Translations under genes and position numbers: made by a program
Assembly: GCA_963741905.1 (NCBI GenBank)
Contig: CAVUJZ010000017.1
Coordinates: forward strand, 273,626 to 337,625
DNA: 64,000 nucleotides
Origin: an uncultured Acidobacteriota bacterium
GTDB taxonomy: Bacteria > Acidobacteriota > Thermoanaerobaculia > Gp7-AA8 > CAVUJZ01
Reading direction: 5' to 3'
Part shown: positions 37,986 through 47,802 of the stretch, one piece after another
Numbering within the stretch: the first letter of the stretch is position 1
Layout of the letters: the number at the start of each line of letters is the position of its first letter
Notes under the pieces: generated by a model
What the model saw: only the letters and a program-made list of their open reading frames with translations
The model's database searches: none
Told to the model about the DNA's origin: nothing

Positions 37986-39073
37986 TGCTTTATTACCTGC
38001 TCTACCCTCTGCGGGAGTTCGTCAGTGGATTCAATGTCTTTCGCTACATCACCTTCCGTGCGGCCTTCGCGGCGCTGACGGCGCTGATGATCTCGTTCAT
38101 TCTGGGACCGTGGCTGATCCGGCGGATGACCCAGATCAAGGCCGGGCAGTTCATTCGTGAGGAAGGTCCGAAGTCGCACCAGCAGAAGGCCGGAACCCCG
38201 ACGATGGGGGGGATTCTGATCAATCTCGCCATCCTGATTCCGACCATCCTCTGGTCCGACATTCTCAATCCGTACGTCTGGATCGTTCTGTTCGTGACGC
38301 TCTCGTACGGCGTGATCGGTTTCTTCGACGACTTCCAGAAGCTGGCGAAACGACAGAACCTGGGGCTGACCGCCAGGCAGAAATTCTCGGCGCAGATTCT
38401 GGTCGCGCTGGTGGCGGGGCTCGCGGTGGCGTATCTGCCGCAGCTCCAGACGCGGTATTCGACCACCCTGGCGCTTCCGTTCATCTCCAAGTTCGTCCTC
38501 GATCTGGGGATCCTCTACATCCCCTTCGTGATCGTGGTGATCGTCGGTTCGTCCAATGCGGTCAATCTGACCGACGGGCTCGATGGGCTGGCGATCGGCA
38601 GCACGTTGATCGCCGCGGCGACGTACGCGATTCTGACCTACGCCGCGGGACACGCGCGGGTGGCGGAGTACCTCCGGATCGTCTGGGTGCCCGGCTCGGG
38701 CGAGCTGGCGGTGTTCTGCGCCGCGATGGTCGGTGCGTCGCTGGGCTTCCTCTGGTTCAATGCCCATCCGGCGAAGATCTTCATGGGCGACGTCGGATCA
38801 CTGGCGCTGGGCGGCGCGATCGGCTGTCTCGCTGTGATCATCAAACAGGAAGTGCTGCTGGTCCTGGTGGGCGGGCTGTTCGTGGTCGAGGCGCTCTCGG
38901 TGATTCTCCAGGTGATCTCGTTCAAGACCACCGGAAGGCGGCTTTTCAAGATGTCTCCGATCCATCATCACTTCGAGCTTTCGGGATGGACGGAGACGCA
39001 GGTCGTGGTGCGGTTCTGGATCATCGCGATCATGTTTGCTCTGCTGAGTCTGGCGACTCTGAAACTGAGATAG
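37985..39073 (+). CDS. mraY: Phospho-N-acetylmuramoyl-pentapeptide transferase
   Basis: 362 aa and polytopic. Motifs include KAGTPTMGG, VGFFDDF.K, NAVNLTDGLDGLA and the HHHFEL motif. Confidence 0.95.
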   Translation: MLYYLLYPLREFVSGFNVFRYITFRAAFAALTALMISFILGPWLIRRMTQIKAGQFIREEGPKSHQQKAGTPTMGGILINLAILIPTILWSDILNPYVWIVLFVTLSYGVIGFFDDFQKLAKRQNLGLTARQKFSAQILVALVAGLAVAYLPQLQTRYSTTLALPFISKFVLDLGILYIPFVIVVIVGSSNAVNLTDGLDGLAIGSTLIAAATYAILTYAAGHARVAEYLRIVWVPGSGELAVFCAAMVGASLGFLWFNAHPAKIFMGDVGSLALGGAIGCLAVIIKQEVLLVLVGGLFVVEALSVILQVISFKTTGRRLFKMSPIHHHFELSGWTETQVVVRFWIIAIMFALLSLATLKLR

Positions 39074-39082
39074 GGAGGTCGA

Positions 39083-40414
39083 TTGGCCGACGAGATGAAA
39101 CGGGTGACGGTGTTCGGTGCGGGACGTTCAGGAGTCGCGGCAGCGTCGTTTCTGGCGAACCGTGGCGTGGAGGTGACCCTGACGGACTCGGCGTCCGAGC
39201 AGCAGCTTCCCCTGGCCAACGATCTTCCTCCCGGTGTGACCCGTTCATTCGGGGGACATACCGAGCAGGTCATCGAGGGGCGGGACACGATCGTGCTCAG
39301 CCCGGGAATCCGTCGCAGCCTTCCGATTCTCGAGCGGGCGGCGTCTGCCGGGGTGGAGATCATCTCCGAGATCGAGCTCGCGTTCCGGCATCTGAAAGGG
39401 CGGGTCATCGCGGTGACCGGCTCGAATGGCAAGTCGACCACCACCACGCTGATCGGGGAGATCCTCAAGGGTGGAGGGTTCGATCCGATCGTGGCCGGAA
39501 ACATCGGCACGCCTCTGACGGCACTGCTCGACGAACAGCCCCGCAACTACGTCATCGAGCTCTCCTCGTTCCAGCTCGAGACGGTGGAGAGCTTCCGCGC
39601 GGACATCGCGGTGCTGCTGAACATCACACCGGATCACATGGATCGCTACGACACGATGGACGACTACGCGGCGGCGAAGTACCGGATCTTCCGGAACCAG
39701 CGTCCGCAGGATCACGCCATCGTCAATGGCGATGACCCTCGGACGGCGGAGCCTCCCACTCCGGCCAAAACCTGGCGGTTTTCATCGCGCCGGCAGGTCG
39801 TCCCGGGTGCCTGGTTCGACGGTGAATCGCTGGTGATCGACATCGAGGGTCTGGAGCGGCGGATTCCCCGCAAAGCGCTCGCGCTCGGCGGAATGGCGAA
39901 CGTGGAGAATGCGCTGGCTTCCTGGCTCGCGGCTCGTTCGATCGGAGCCACCGATCTCGACGCTGAAGTGGCCTTCGGCTCGTTTCGGGGATTACCTCAC
40001 CGGATGGTGATGGTGCGGGAGCGCAACGGGGTCCGGTGGATCAACGATTCGAAAGGAACGAACGTCGATGCGACACTCAAGTCTCTGGAGGGCGCCGAGG
40101 ATCGAAGCGTGATTCTCATCCTCGGAGGAAAGGACAAAAAGGGGGAGTTCGAGCGGCTGCGCGACGTGGTCGGGCGGAAGGCCCGGATGGTGCTGACCAT
40201 CGGTGATGCGGCCTCGCGGGTTCAGTCTGCGCTCGAGGGAACCGTTCAGATCGTTCCCTGCGGAGACATGCAGCGAGCGGTTCAGTTCGCCGCTTCCGAA
40301 GCGCGGGAGGGGCATGTCGTGCTGCTCTCGCCGGCCTGCGCAAGCTTCGATCAGTACGACAATTTCGAGCGACGTGGCGAGCATTTCGAGGCTCTGGTGA
40401 GAGAGCTTCTGTGA
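39083..40414 (+). CDS. murD: UDP-N-acetylmuramoylalanine--D-glutamate ligase
   Basis: VFGAGRSGVAAASFL (Rossmann) and VTGSNGKSTTTTL. The position after mraY is as expected. Confidence 0.9.
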   Translation: MADEMKRVTVFGAGRSGVAAASFLANRGVEVTLTDSASEQQLPLANDLPPGVTRSFGGHTEQVIEGRDTIVLSPGIRRSLPILERAASAGVEIISEIELAFRHLKGRVIAVTGSNGKSTTTTLIGEILKGGGFDPIVAGNIGTPLTALLDEQPRNYVIELSSFQLETVESFRADIAVLLNITPDHMDRYDTMDDYAAAKYRIFRNQRPQDHAIVNGDDPRTAEPPTPAKTWRFSSRRQVVPGAWFDGESLVIDIEGLERRIPRKALALGGMANVENALASWLAARSIGATDLDAEVAFGSFRGLPHRMVMVRERNGVRWINDSKGTNVDATLKSLEGAEDRSVILILGGKDKKGEFERLRDVVGRKARMVLTIGDAASRVQSALEGTVQIVPCGDMQRAVQFAASEAREGHVVLLSPACASFDQYDNFERRGEHFEALVRELL

Positions 40415-40426
40415 TTCGGTTCCGGT

Positions 40427-41551
40427 GTGGCCGGGAGGGAGACGAGAACCATGAGCAGAAAGCTGACCTATGACCGATACCTGTTCGGTGCCGCGATGCT
40501 GATCATCGTGGTCGGACTGGTGATGATCTACAGCGCCTCGGCCATGCTCGCGGTCCATCGCACCAGCTCGGGCAGCCCGTATTACTTCCTGATCCGGCAA
40601 TGCGTCGCCTTGTGCGTCGGCGGTGCGTTGATGTTCGCGCTGATGCACGTCGACCTGAGCATCCTGAGGGATTCGCGGGTCATCTACGCGCTGATGGCCG
40701 GGCTCTGTGTCGCACTGGTGCTGGTGCTCTTTCAGCCGCCGATCAACGGGACCCGGAGGTGGTTCGTTCTCGCCTCGTGGCAGTTCCAGCCGGCCGAGCT
40801 GGCGAAGCCCATTCTGGTCCTCTTCCTCGCTTCACAACTGGCGCATCGGGAGGAGCGGATCAACGAGCTGACCTCCACGCTGCTGCCGCTGATCGCGATG
40901 ATCGCCATCCCCATGGGACTGATTCTGCTCCAGCCCGACTTCGGAACGGCCTTTACCATCGGGCTGGTCGCGGCGGTTCTGCTCTTCGTCGCCGGGATCT
41001 CCTGGCGCCGGATCCTGATGTCGTCGGTGGTGCTGATCCCTGCCGGTGTGGCGGTGATGCTCAGTGCCGACTATCGGCGGGAACGGCTGCTCTCGTTCAT
41101 CAATCCGCAGGCGGATCCTCTCGGGAGTGGTTTCCAGGCGATGCAGTCACTGATTGCGCTGGGGACCGGTGGCGTCACCGGCCTGGGAATCGGCAACGGA
41201 CGGCAGAAGCTCTTTTTTCTGCCGGAGCCACATACGGATTTCATCTTCTCGATCATCGGCGAAGAGCTCGGTTTCATCGGTGCGGCCACGCTGCTCGCGC
41301 TCTTCACGTTTCTGATCTGGCGAGCGACCCGGATGGCCTGGAAAACCGAGGATCGTTTCCTGCGGTATGCCGCGCTCGGATTCGGCTGCATGATCGGACT
41401 GCAGGCTCTGATCAACATGAGCGTGACGCTCTCCCTGCTTCCGACCAAAGGGCTGCCCCTGCCGATGGTCAGTTACGGCGGTTCATCGCTGATCACCAAT
41501 CTGGTGGCCCTGGGCATTCTTCTGAATCTCTCCCAGCACGCCGAAGCCTGA
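40427..41551 (+). CDS. ftsW: Peptidoglycan glycosyltransferase FtsW (SEDS family)
   Basis: A 10-TM SEDS protein with FQPAELAK, PDFGT and LPTKGLPLPMVSYGGSS. An alternative ATG lies at 40451. Confidence 0.9.
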   Translation: MAGRETRTMSRKLTYDRYLFGAAMLIIVVGLVMIYSASAMLAVHRTSSGSPYYFLIRQCVALCVGGALMFALMHVDLSILRDSRVIYALMAGLCVALVLVLFQPPINGTRRWFVLASWQFQPAELAKPILVLFLASQLAHREERINELTSTLLPLIAMIAIPMGLILLQPDFGTAFTIGLVAAVLLFVAGISWRRILMSSVVLIPAGVAVMLSADYRRERLLSFINPQADPLGSGFQAMQSLIALGTGGVTGLGIGNGRQKLFFLPEPHTDFIFSIIGEELGFIGAATLLALFTFLIWRATRMAWKTEDRFLRYAALGFGCMIGLQALINMSVTLSLLPTKGLPLPMVSYGGSSLITNLVALGILLNLSQHAEA

Positions 41552-41570
41552 GGGACGTGGATCTTTCGAG

Positions 41571-42683
41571 ATGACGAACGGACCGACATCGACCGAGCGC
41601 AAATGCCTCCTCATTGCAGGAGGTGGAACCGGCGGACACATCTACCCGGCCATTGCCGTGGCGAAGGAGTTTCTCGCCGCGGGGGCGGGTCGCGAAGTGG
41701 TGTTCGTCGGAACCCCCTACGGGCTGGAGAACCAGATTGTTCCGAAGGCCGGTTTTCCTCTGGAACTGGTGGACGTTCGGGGACTGAAAGGGAAGTCTCT
41801 GCTGACCACTCTGCGGAATCTGGTTCGGCTTCCGGCCAGCCTGTTCACCGCGTGGCGGATCATCAGCCGCACCCGCCCCGACGCGATTCTCGGGGTGGGT
41901 GGCTACGCTTCCGGTCCGGTTCTGCTGGTCGGGGCGTTGCGGCGATATCCGACCATGATTCAGGAGCAGAACGCCTATCCCGGAATCACCAACCGGATTC
42001 TCGCCCGCTTCGTCCGGGAAGTGGCGGTCGCCTTTCCGGAGGCGCTGGCGCATCTCAGGCGGGAAGGATCGGTGACTGGAAATCCGGTTCGCCCGGAGTT
42101 CTTCGAGCAGCCCGCTCCGCCACCGTCGTCGCCGGATCGGCCGCGACGACTGCTGGTCTTCGGCGGCAGTCAGGGATCGCGGATCCTGAACGAGACGATG
42201 ATCGAGTCGCTGGATCGGCTCGCCCCGTTGAAGCCGAGACTGAGTATCGTCCATCAGACCGGGCCTTCCGGACTGGATGCGGTACAGCAGGCCTATCGGC
42301 GCTCTGCCTTTGCCGATGCGCGGGTGGTGGCGTTTCTCGATCCGATGGCGGACGAGATGGCGGCGGCGGATGTGGTGTTGTGCCGAGCCGGGGCGATCAC
42401 CATCGGGGAGCTGGCCGCAATCGGCCGTGCCTCGATTCTGATTCCCTTCGCGGCAGCCGCGGACAATCACCAGGAGTTCAACGCCCGGGCGATGGAGAAA
42501 GCCGGCGGCGCGGTGGTGATCACCGAACGGGAGCTGAATCCGGAGCGCCTGGCGACGGCGATCTCCGAACTGATCGCGGCGCCGGAGCGGACCCGGAGGA
42601 TGGCTTCAGGAGCAAAAACGGTGGCCACACCGGACGCCGCGAGAACAATTGTCGAAATTCTCACTCGAATTGCGGGAAATTAA
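41571..42683 (+). CDS. murG: UDP-N-acetylglucosamine--N-acetylmuramyl-(pentapeptide) pyrophosphoryl-undecaprenol GlcNAc transferase
   Basis: AGGGTGGHIYPAIAV, a GT28 N-terminal domain, and the C-terminal segment ..RAGAITIGELAA..HQEFNA. Confidence 0.9.
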   Translation: MTNGPTSTERKCLLIAGGGTGGHIYPAIAVAKEFLAAGAGREVVFVGTPYGLENQIVPKAGFPLELVDVRGLKGKSLLTTLRNLVRLPASLFTAWRIISRTRPDAILGVGGYASGPVLLVGALRRYPTMIQEQNAYPGITNRILARFVREVAVAFPEALAHLRREGSVTGNPVRPEFFEQPAPPPSSPDRPRRLLVFGGSQGSRILNETMIESLDRLAPLKPRLSIVHQTGPSGLDAVQQAYRRSAFADARVVAFLDPMADEMAAADVVLCRAGAITIGELAAIGRASILIPFAAAADNHQEFNARAMEKAGGAVVITERELNPERLATAISELIAAPERTRRMASGAKTVATPDAARTIVEILTRIAGN

Positions 42684-42712
42684 TTGAAATCACATCGTAC
42701 CAACTTTAAAAT
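42684..42712 (+). promoter_or_regulatory. Near-consensus sigma70-type promoter upstream of murC (TTGAAA-N17-TAAAAT)
   Basis: TTGAAA at 42684-42689, a 17-nt spacer, and TAAAAT at 42707-42712. It lies in a 53-nt gap that is very AT-rich for this genome. The murC ATG is at 42737. Confidence 0.5.
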
Positions 42713-42736
42713 CAATTATTAAAGATACTCAATTTC

Positions 42737-44113
42737 ATGGATTTCGGACAGATCAGAAACATCCACTTCGTCGGGATCGGCGGAATCGGCATGAGCGGCA
42801 TTGCCGAGATCCTCTCGAACTACGACCTCCGGATCTCCGGTTGCGACCTGATCGCCTCTCCGACGACCGAGCGGCTCCGGAGGAAGGGCATTCGTGTGGA
42901 CATCGGACATGATCCGGCACATGTGAGGGATGCCGACCTGGTGGTGGTGTCTTCGGCGATCCGGAAGACCAATCCGGAGGTGCTCCGTGCGCGGGAGGCG
43001 AATCGTCCGGTGATCCGGAGAGCGGAGATGCTCGGAGAGATCACCCGTCTGAAGCGGGCGATCGCGATCTCCGGAACGCACGGAAAGACCACCACCTCGG
43101 CAATGACCGCGCGGGTGCTGTCGGAGGCCGGGCTGGATCCGACGCTGATCATCGGCGGAGTGTTGCGGGAGTTCGACAGCAATGCGCGGCTGGGTGCCAG
43201 CGATCATCTGGTGGTGGAAGCGGATGAATACGATCGCTCGTTTCTGGCGCTTTATCCGACCGTGGTGGTGATCACCAACATCGAGGCGGATCATCTCGAC
43301 TGCTATCGCGATCTGGACGACATCCGGGGCGCATTTCTGGAGTTCGCGAACCGGGCGCCGTTCTTCGGTGCCGTGATTGGTTGCATCGACGAGCCGGCGG
43401 TGGCATCGCTGCTGAGCGAGCTGCCGAAGCGGACGGTTGGCTACGGGCTGAACCGGGAGGCGGACGTTCGTGCCGTGGACCTGGTATTCGAAGGGGTGAG
43501 CACCAGCTTCGGGGTGGAGCAGAAGGGTCATTCGCTGGGTCGGGTGACGCTGCAGGTGCCGGGGGCTCACAACGTGCGCAATGCGTTGGCCGCGATCGCG
43601 GTGGCCCTGGATCTGGAAGTGCCCTTTCAGGCCATCGCCGACGCTCTCGCGACGTTCCGAGGTGTGGAGCGGCGATTTCAGATCGTGGGCGAGTGGAAAG
43701 GGACCGTGGTGGTCGATGATTACGCCCACCATCCGACCGAGATTCAGTCGACACTGTCGGCCGCGAAGCGGAGCTACCCCGGGCGGCGGATCGTGGCGCT
43801 GTTCCAGCCGCATCTCTACTCCCGGACCCGTGACTTCGCGGAAGGGTTCGCGGAGGCGATCGCGCTGGCCGATGTTCCCCTGATCGCGCCGATCTATCCG
43901 GCGCGGGAGGAACCGATCGAAGGGGTGAGCTCGGCGTTGATCGCGGATGCGGCCAGGGCTCAGGGGCACCCCGAGGTCGAGGTCATCGACCGGCGGAAGC
44001 GGGATCTGGTGGTCTGGCTTCGGGAGCATCTCCGGGAGGGAGATCTCCTGCTGACGATGGGGGCGGGAGACATTCACGAGGTTGCGCGGATGCTGGTGGA
44101 GGAGCCTTCGTGA
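42737..44113 (+). CDS. murC: UDP-N-acetylmuramate--L-alanine ligase
   Basis: IHFVGIGGIGMSGIAEIL, ISGTHGKTTTSAM and DDYAHHPTEI. Confidence 0.9.
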   Translation: MDFGQIRNIHFVGIGGIGMSGIAEILSNYDLRISGCDLIASPTTERLRRKGIRVDIGHDPAHVRDADLVVVSSAIRKTNPEVLRAREANRPVIRRAEMLGEITRLKRAIAISGTHGKTTTSAMTARVLSEAGLDPTLIIGGVLREFDSNARLGASDHLVVEADEYDRSFLALYPTVVVITNIEADHLDCYRDLDDIRGAFLEFANRAPFFGAVIGCIDEPAVASLLSELPKRTVGYGLNREADVRAVDLVFEGVSTSFGVEQKGHSLGRVTLQVPGAHNVRNALAAIAVALDLEVPFQAIADALATFRGVERRFQIVGEWKGTVVVDDYAHHPTEIQSTLSAAKRSYPGRRIVALFQPHLYSRTRDFAEGFAEAIALADVPLIAPIYPAREEPIEGVSSALIADAARAQGHPEVEVIDRRKRDLVVWLREHLREGDLLLTMGAGDIHEVARMLVEEPS

Positions 44114-44940
44114 ACGGACTGGAAACCACGAACCGCTTTCTCCGTCCGATCGACGTGCGGGCGACGCCTCGGAACCGGCGACGGGTCCAGGCGCGGCGGC
44201 TGTTGATTTTCCTCACGAACCTGGTCCTGGTGACGGTGCTCCTGGCCGGTGCCGGCTGGGTGTATCAGCGCACCCAGCAGGACAGTCGGTTCGCTATCCG
44301 GACGATCGAGACGGTGGGTCTGGATCACGCTTCGAAGGCGGCGGTCGAACGGGTCACTCGTTCCTACCAGGGGGCGAATCTGTTTCGCCTGGACATCAAA
44401 CGGCTGCAGGCAGAGCTCTCCGGGATCTCCTGGGTGGAGGGGGCAGCGATCGAGAAGAAGCTGCCGGACGCTCTGCGGATCCAGATTTTCGAGCGGGTGC
44501 CGGTGGCCATCTGGCGCGGGCCGAAAGGGGAGCGTTACATCGACCGGCACGGGGCGATTTTCGCAGTACTGTCGCCCCGGATCGACAACGCGCGCCTCCC
44601 GGTGATCACCCACTCGACTCCGGATCAGGCCCGGCGATGCGTCAGCTTTCTCCAGAGCCTCGATGCAGGTGAAGACGGATTGCTCGCCAGGATCGAGACG
44701 ATCCGGCCGGCGGACGGATCCGGGTGGATCGTGCAGGACCGTCGCCTGGAGACCGCGGTGATCGTGAATGAACAGAATGCGCGCGGCAAATGGACGCTGC
44801 TGGACCGCATCGCAGCGGTGGAGGGGCTCGATCACGCGGGGATCGAGTACGCCGATCTCAGATTCGAAGGACAGATCGTGTTGAAGGCGATTCATCAGGA
44901 AAGACTCGGAGGAGAAGTCGACCATGCCCAGGACAGATAA
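44110..44940 (+). CDS. ftsQ: Cell division protein FtsQ (POTRA domain)
   Basis: The GTG overlaps the murC stop. A TM (LLIFLTNLVLVTVLLAGAGWV) is followed by the POTRA-like segment FAIRTIETVGLDHASKAAV. Confidence 0.8.
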   Translation: MNGLETTNRFLRPIDVRATPRNRRRVQARRLLIFLTNLVLVTVLLAGAGWVYQRTQQDSRFAIRTIETVGLDHASKAAVERVTRSYQGANLFRLDIKRLQAELSGISWVEGAAIEKKLPDALRIQIFERVPVAIWRGPKGERYIDRHGAIFAVLSPRIDNARLPVITHSTPDQARRCVSFLQSLDAGEDGLLARIETIRPADGSGWIVQDRRLETAVIVNEQNARGKWTLLDRIAAVEGLDHAGIEYADLRFEGQIVLKAIHQERLGGEVDHAQDR

Positions 44941-46150
44941 ATACGTCGTAGCAGTCGATATCGGGACTTCAAAAGTGTGTGTGCTGGTGGGGGAAGTCAA
45001 CGACCGCGGCCAGCTCGAGATCATCGGGAAGGGGAGTGCCCCGATGAAGGGAACGCGACGGGGCAACATCGCGAATCTCGACCAGGCCATCGATGCGCTG
45101 AAAAAGGCGGTGGATGAAGCCGAGGTGATGGCAGGATTGCAGATCGAGTCGGCGTACGTCGGGATTGCCGGAGACCACATCCGCTCGGTCAACTCCCGTG
45201 GCGTGGTTTCGGTGATGGGGCGCAACAAGGAGATCACTCGCGAAGACATCGATCGGGTGATCGAGGCTTCCCGCTCGATCAACATCCCCGGCGAGCTGGA
45301 GCTCCTGCACGTGATTCCCCGCGAGTTCGTGGTGGACGGTCAGGACGGCATTCAGGACCCCCTGGGCATGACCGGATCGCGCCTGGAGGCGAACGTCCAC
45401 ATCGTCAGCGGCGCCCGCACCCATGACCAGAACGTTCAGGCCAGCGTGAACAAGGCAGGCATCGCGGTCAGTGAGCTGGTTCTCGAGCAGCTCGCCGCGG
45501 CCGAAGCCGTCCTCTCCCACGACGAAAAGGAGATGGGCGTGCTGCTGATGGACATCGGCGGGGGCACCACTGATTACGCCGTCTTCATGGAGGGGCAGGT
45601 TCTCCATACCAATGTCCTTCCGGTGGGGGCAGGCCACTTCACCTCCGACATCTCGGTGGTTCTCCGCACGCCGATGGAAGATGCCGAACGCATCAAGAAG
45701 CGCTATGGGTGCGCCCTCGGATCGCTGGTGACCGACGACGAGCCGATCGAAGTGCCCACCGTCGGTGGACGTCAGGCCAAGATTCTCCCCCGTCACGAGC
45801 TGGTGAGCATCCTCGAGCCGCGAGCGGCGGAACTGGCCAAGCTGGTCTACAACGACCTGGAGAAGGCCGGCCTGGAGAAGGAGATTCGTTCCGGGGTGGT
45901 GGTGGTCGGCGGCGGCGCGGAAATGGACGGAATGCTCGAGATGATCGAGCAGGTGTTCGATCAGCAGGTTCGCAAGGGGATTCCTCAGGGCATCGGTGGG
46001 CTGGTCGACACCGTGAACGGTCCGGAATGGGCCACCTCGGTCGGTCTGCTTCTTTGGGGATTCCGGGAACGGACGCGGGTGCGTGTTCCCGCCCGAACCG
46101 GATTTGCCCGGATGGCGGATTCGGTCCGGCGCTGGTTCGCGGCCCGATGA
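44924..46150 (+). CDS. ftsA: Cell division protein FtsA
   Basis: VVAVDIGTSKVCVLVGE.. and ..LLMDIGGGTTDYAVF.. indicate the actin-like ATPase fold. Confidence 0.9.
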   Translation: MPRTDKYVVAVDIGTSKVCVLVGEVNDRGQLEIIGKGSAPMKGTRRGNIANLDQAIDALKKAVDEAEVMAGLQIESAYVGIAGDHIRSVNSRGVVSVMGRNKEITREDIDRVIEASRSINIPGELELLHVIPREFVVDGQDGIQDPLGMTGSRLEANVHIVSGARTHDQNVQASVNKAGIAVSELVLEQLAAAEAVLSHDEKEMGVLLMDIGGGTTDYAVFMEGQVLHTNVLPVGAGHFTSDISVVLRTPMEDAERIKKRYGCALGSLVTDDEPIEVPTVGGRQAKILPRHELVSILEPRAAELAKLVYNDLEKAGLEKEIRSGVVVVGGGAEMDGMLEMIEQVFDQQVRKGIPQGIGGLVDTVNGPEWATSVGLLLWGFRERTRVRVPARTGFARMADSVRRWFAAR

Positions 46151-46198
46151 GGCGCAATGATCGTCCACAAATGACTACAGATAAAACAGGACCGATTT

Positions 46199-46207
46199 TG
46201 TTACAAT
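46199..46207 (+). promoter_or_regulatory. Candidate extended -10 element (TGtTACAAT) upstream of ftsZ
   Basis: The sequence ttTGtTACAATtt lies in the 138-nt ftsA-ftsZ gap. No good -35 element is present. Confidence 0.35.
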
Positions 46208-46288
46208 TTAAGGGAAGCGGTTTTCCAGTTTGTCGCCGGCCGCAGCGCAGACCGGTGGGAACGAGCTGCCAGGAAAAGGGGAAGGGCA

Positions 46289-47581
46289 ATGATCACGTTT
46301 GACGACGCACCGACGCAGGACAGCCTGAAGATCTCGATGGATGACGAGCTCCCTGCAAAGATCAAGGTGATCGGGGTGGGAGGCGGTGGAGGAAATGCCG
46401 TCAACCGGATGATCCAGGCGGGCATCAAGGGGGTGGAGTTCCTGGTCGCGAACACTGACCTGCAGGCGATGAAGCACTCCTCCGCGGCGACCAAGATCCA
46501 GCTGGGTGCGAAACTGACAAAGGGCCTCGGAGCGGGGGCGAACCCCGATGTCGGGAAGCAGGCCGCTCTGGAAGATACCGATCGGATTCTGGAGGCGCTT
46601 TCCGGCTCCGACATGATTTTCATCACCACCGGCATGGGCGGTGGAACCGGGACCGGGGCCACGCCGGTGATCGCTTCGCTGGCCGCGGAGCTGGGCGCGC
46701 TGACGGTCGCCGTGGTGACCAAACCGTTCAATTTCGAGGGCAAACGACGCCGGGTGCAGGCGGAGCATGGAATCCGCGCGCTTCGCGATTCGGTGGACAC
46801 CCTGATCACCATCCCGAACGAACGGCTGCTCAACTTCGTGGAGCGGGGAACCTCCGTTCCGGAAGCGTTCAAGAATCGCGGACGACATTCTGCGCCAGGC
46901 GGTTCAGGGCATCTCGGACCTGATCACCATTCCGGGCGAGATCAACCTCGACTTCGCCGACGTGCGGACCATCATGCATGGGATGGGGATGGCGTTGATG
47001 GGGACTGGCGTCTCGGCGGGCGAGCACCGGGCGGTCGAGGCGGCTCAGCGGGCCGATCTGCGTCGCCGCTGCTCGAGGAGGCGTCGATCGAGGGTGCGAA
47101 GGGCGTGCTGATCAACATCACCGGGGGTCCGGACCTGACACTGTTCGAGGTCAACGAAGCGGCGTCCATCATTCAGGAGGCCGCGGACGAAGAGGCGAAC
47201 ATCATCTTCGGCACGGTCATCGACCCGAAGATGAAGGAGGAGGTCAAGGTCACCGTGATCGCGACCGGGTTCGACGCGGCGACCCGCGGGTATCTCAATG
47301 CCCGAGGCGAGGCGCTGTCCGGACGGGGCGAGAGCCGGCCCGAAATGGGCGCCGGCCGGCGTCCCGAACCCTCCGAGCCGCGGCCCTACGCCGCCGCCGA
47401 TGCCGAAACCGAGGGAGAGGAGCGCTCCGGTCAGATCGGCGCCGAGGGTGAGATCTACGATCCTCCCTTTTTTCGCAAAGGAATCGGACCCGGAGGAAGC
47501 TCCGGGTTCGGGCCGATGGCGTCGAATGATTTCGGCAATGATCTCGATATTCCGACGGTGATCCGCAATCTGAGCGATTGA
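46289..47581 (+). CDS. ftsZ: Cell division GTPase FtsZ; the ORF is open but about 62 codons are out of frame between two compensating indels
   Basis: [13 protein letters not shown] and [17 protein letters not shown] are present. From about 46873 to 47058 the true sequence [60 protein letters not shown] is in the +1 frame. The frame is restored at [22 protein letters not shown]. Confidence 0.9.
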   Translation: MITFDDAPTQDSLKISMDDELPAKIKVIGVGGGGGNAVNRMIQAGIKGVEFLVANTDLQAMKHSSAATKIQLGAKLTKGLGAGANPDVGKQAALEDTDRILEALSGSDMIFITTGMGGGTGTGATPVIASLAAELGALTVAVVTKPFNFEGKRRRVQAEHGIRALRDSVDTLITIPNERLLNFVERGTSVPEAFKNRGRHSAPGGSGHLGPDHHSGRDQPRLRRRADHHAWDGDGVDGDWRLGGRAPGGRGGSAGRSASPLLEEASIEGAKGVLINITGGPDLTLFEVNEAASIIQEAADEEANIIFGTVIDPKMKEEVKVTVIATGFDAATRGYLNARGEALSGRGESRPEMGAGRRPEPSEPRPYAAADAETEGEERSGQIGAEGEIYDPPFFRKGIGPGGSSGFGPMASNDFGNDLDIPTVIRNLSD

Positions 47582-47770
47582 CGGAGAACCCGAACGAGGG
47601 GAGGACGGACCGATGAAATGATGCGACGACCTCGGGAACGAAGCTTCATCCCTGGATGTCACCTCGAGTAAGGGAGAGAGATTCGATGCGTGGTGTGGTC
47701 AGATACAGTCGCTGGTTCAGATTCGGATGCCGTCAACCCCGGAACACACCCTACTTCTGGAAATGGATGA

Positions 47771-47802
47771 GGCCGGTCTCTCGCGGACCGGCCTTCCTTT
47801 TT
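47771..47802 (+). terminator. Rho-independent terminator candidate downstream of ftsZ
   Basis: GGCCGGTC-tctcgcg-GACCGGCC is followed by TTCCTTTTT. Confidence 0.6.

Noticed and set aside
46870-47062. Programmed ribosomal frameshifting or recoding in ftsZ
   Set aside because: There is no slippery heptamer or stimulatory structure. Two opposite indels 185 nt apart scramble an essential region. The same type of indel occurs in unrelated genes, so error is the simpler explanation.
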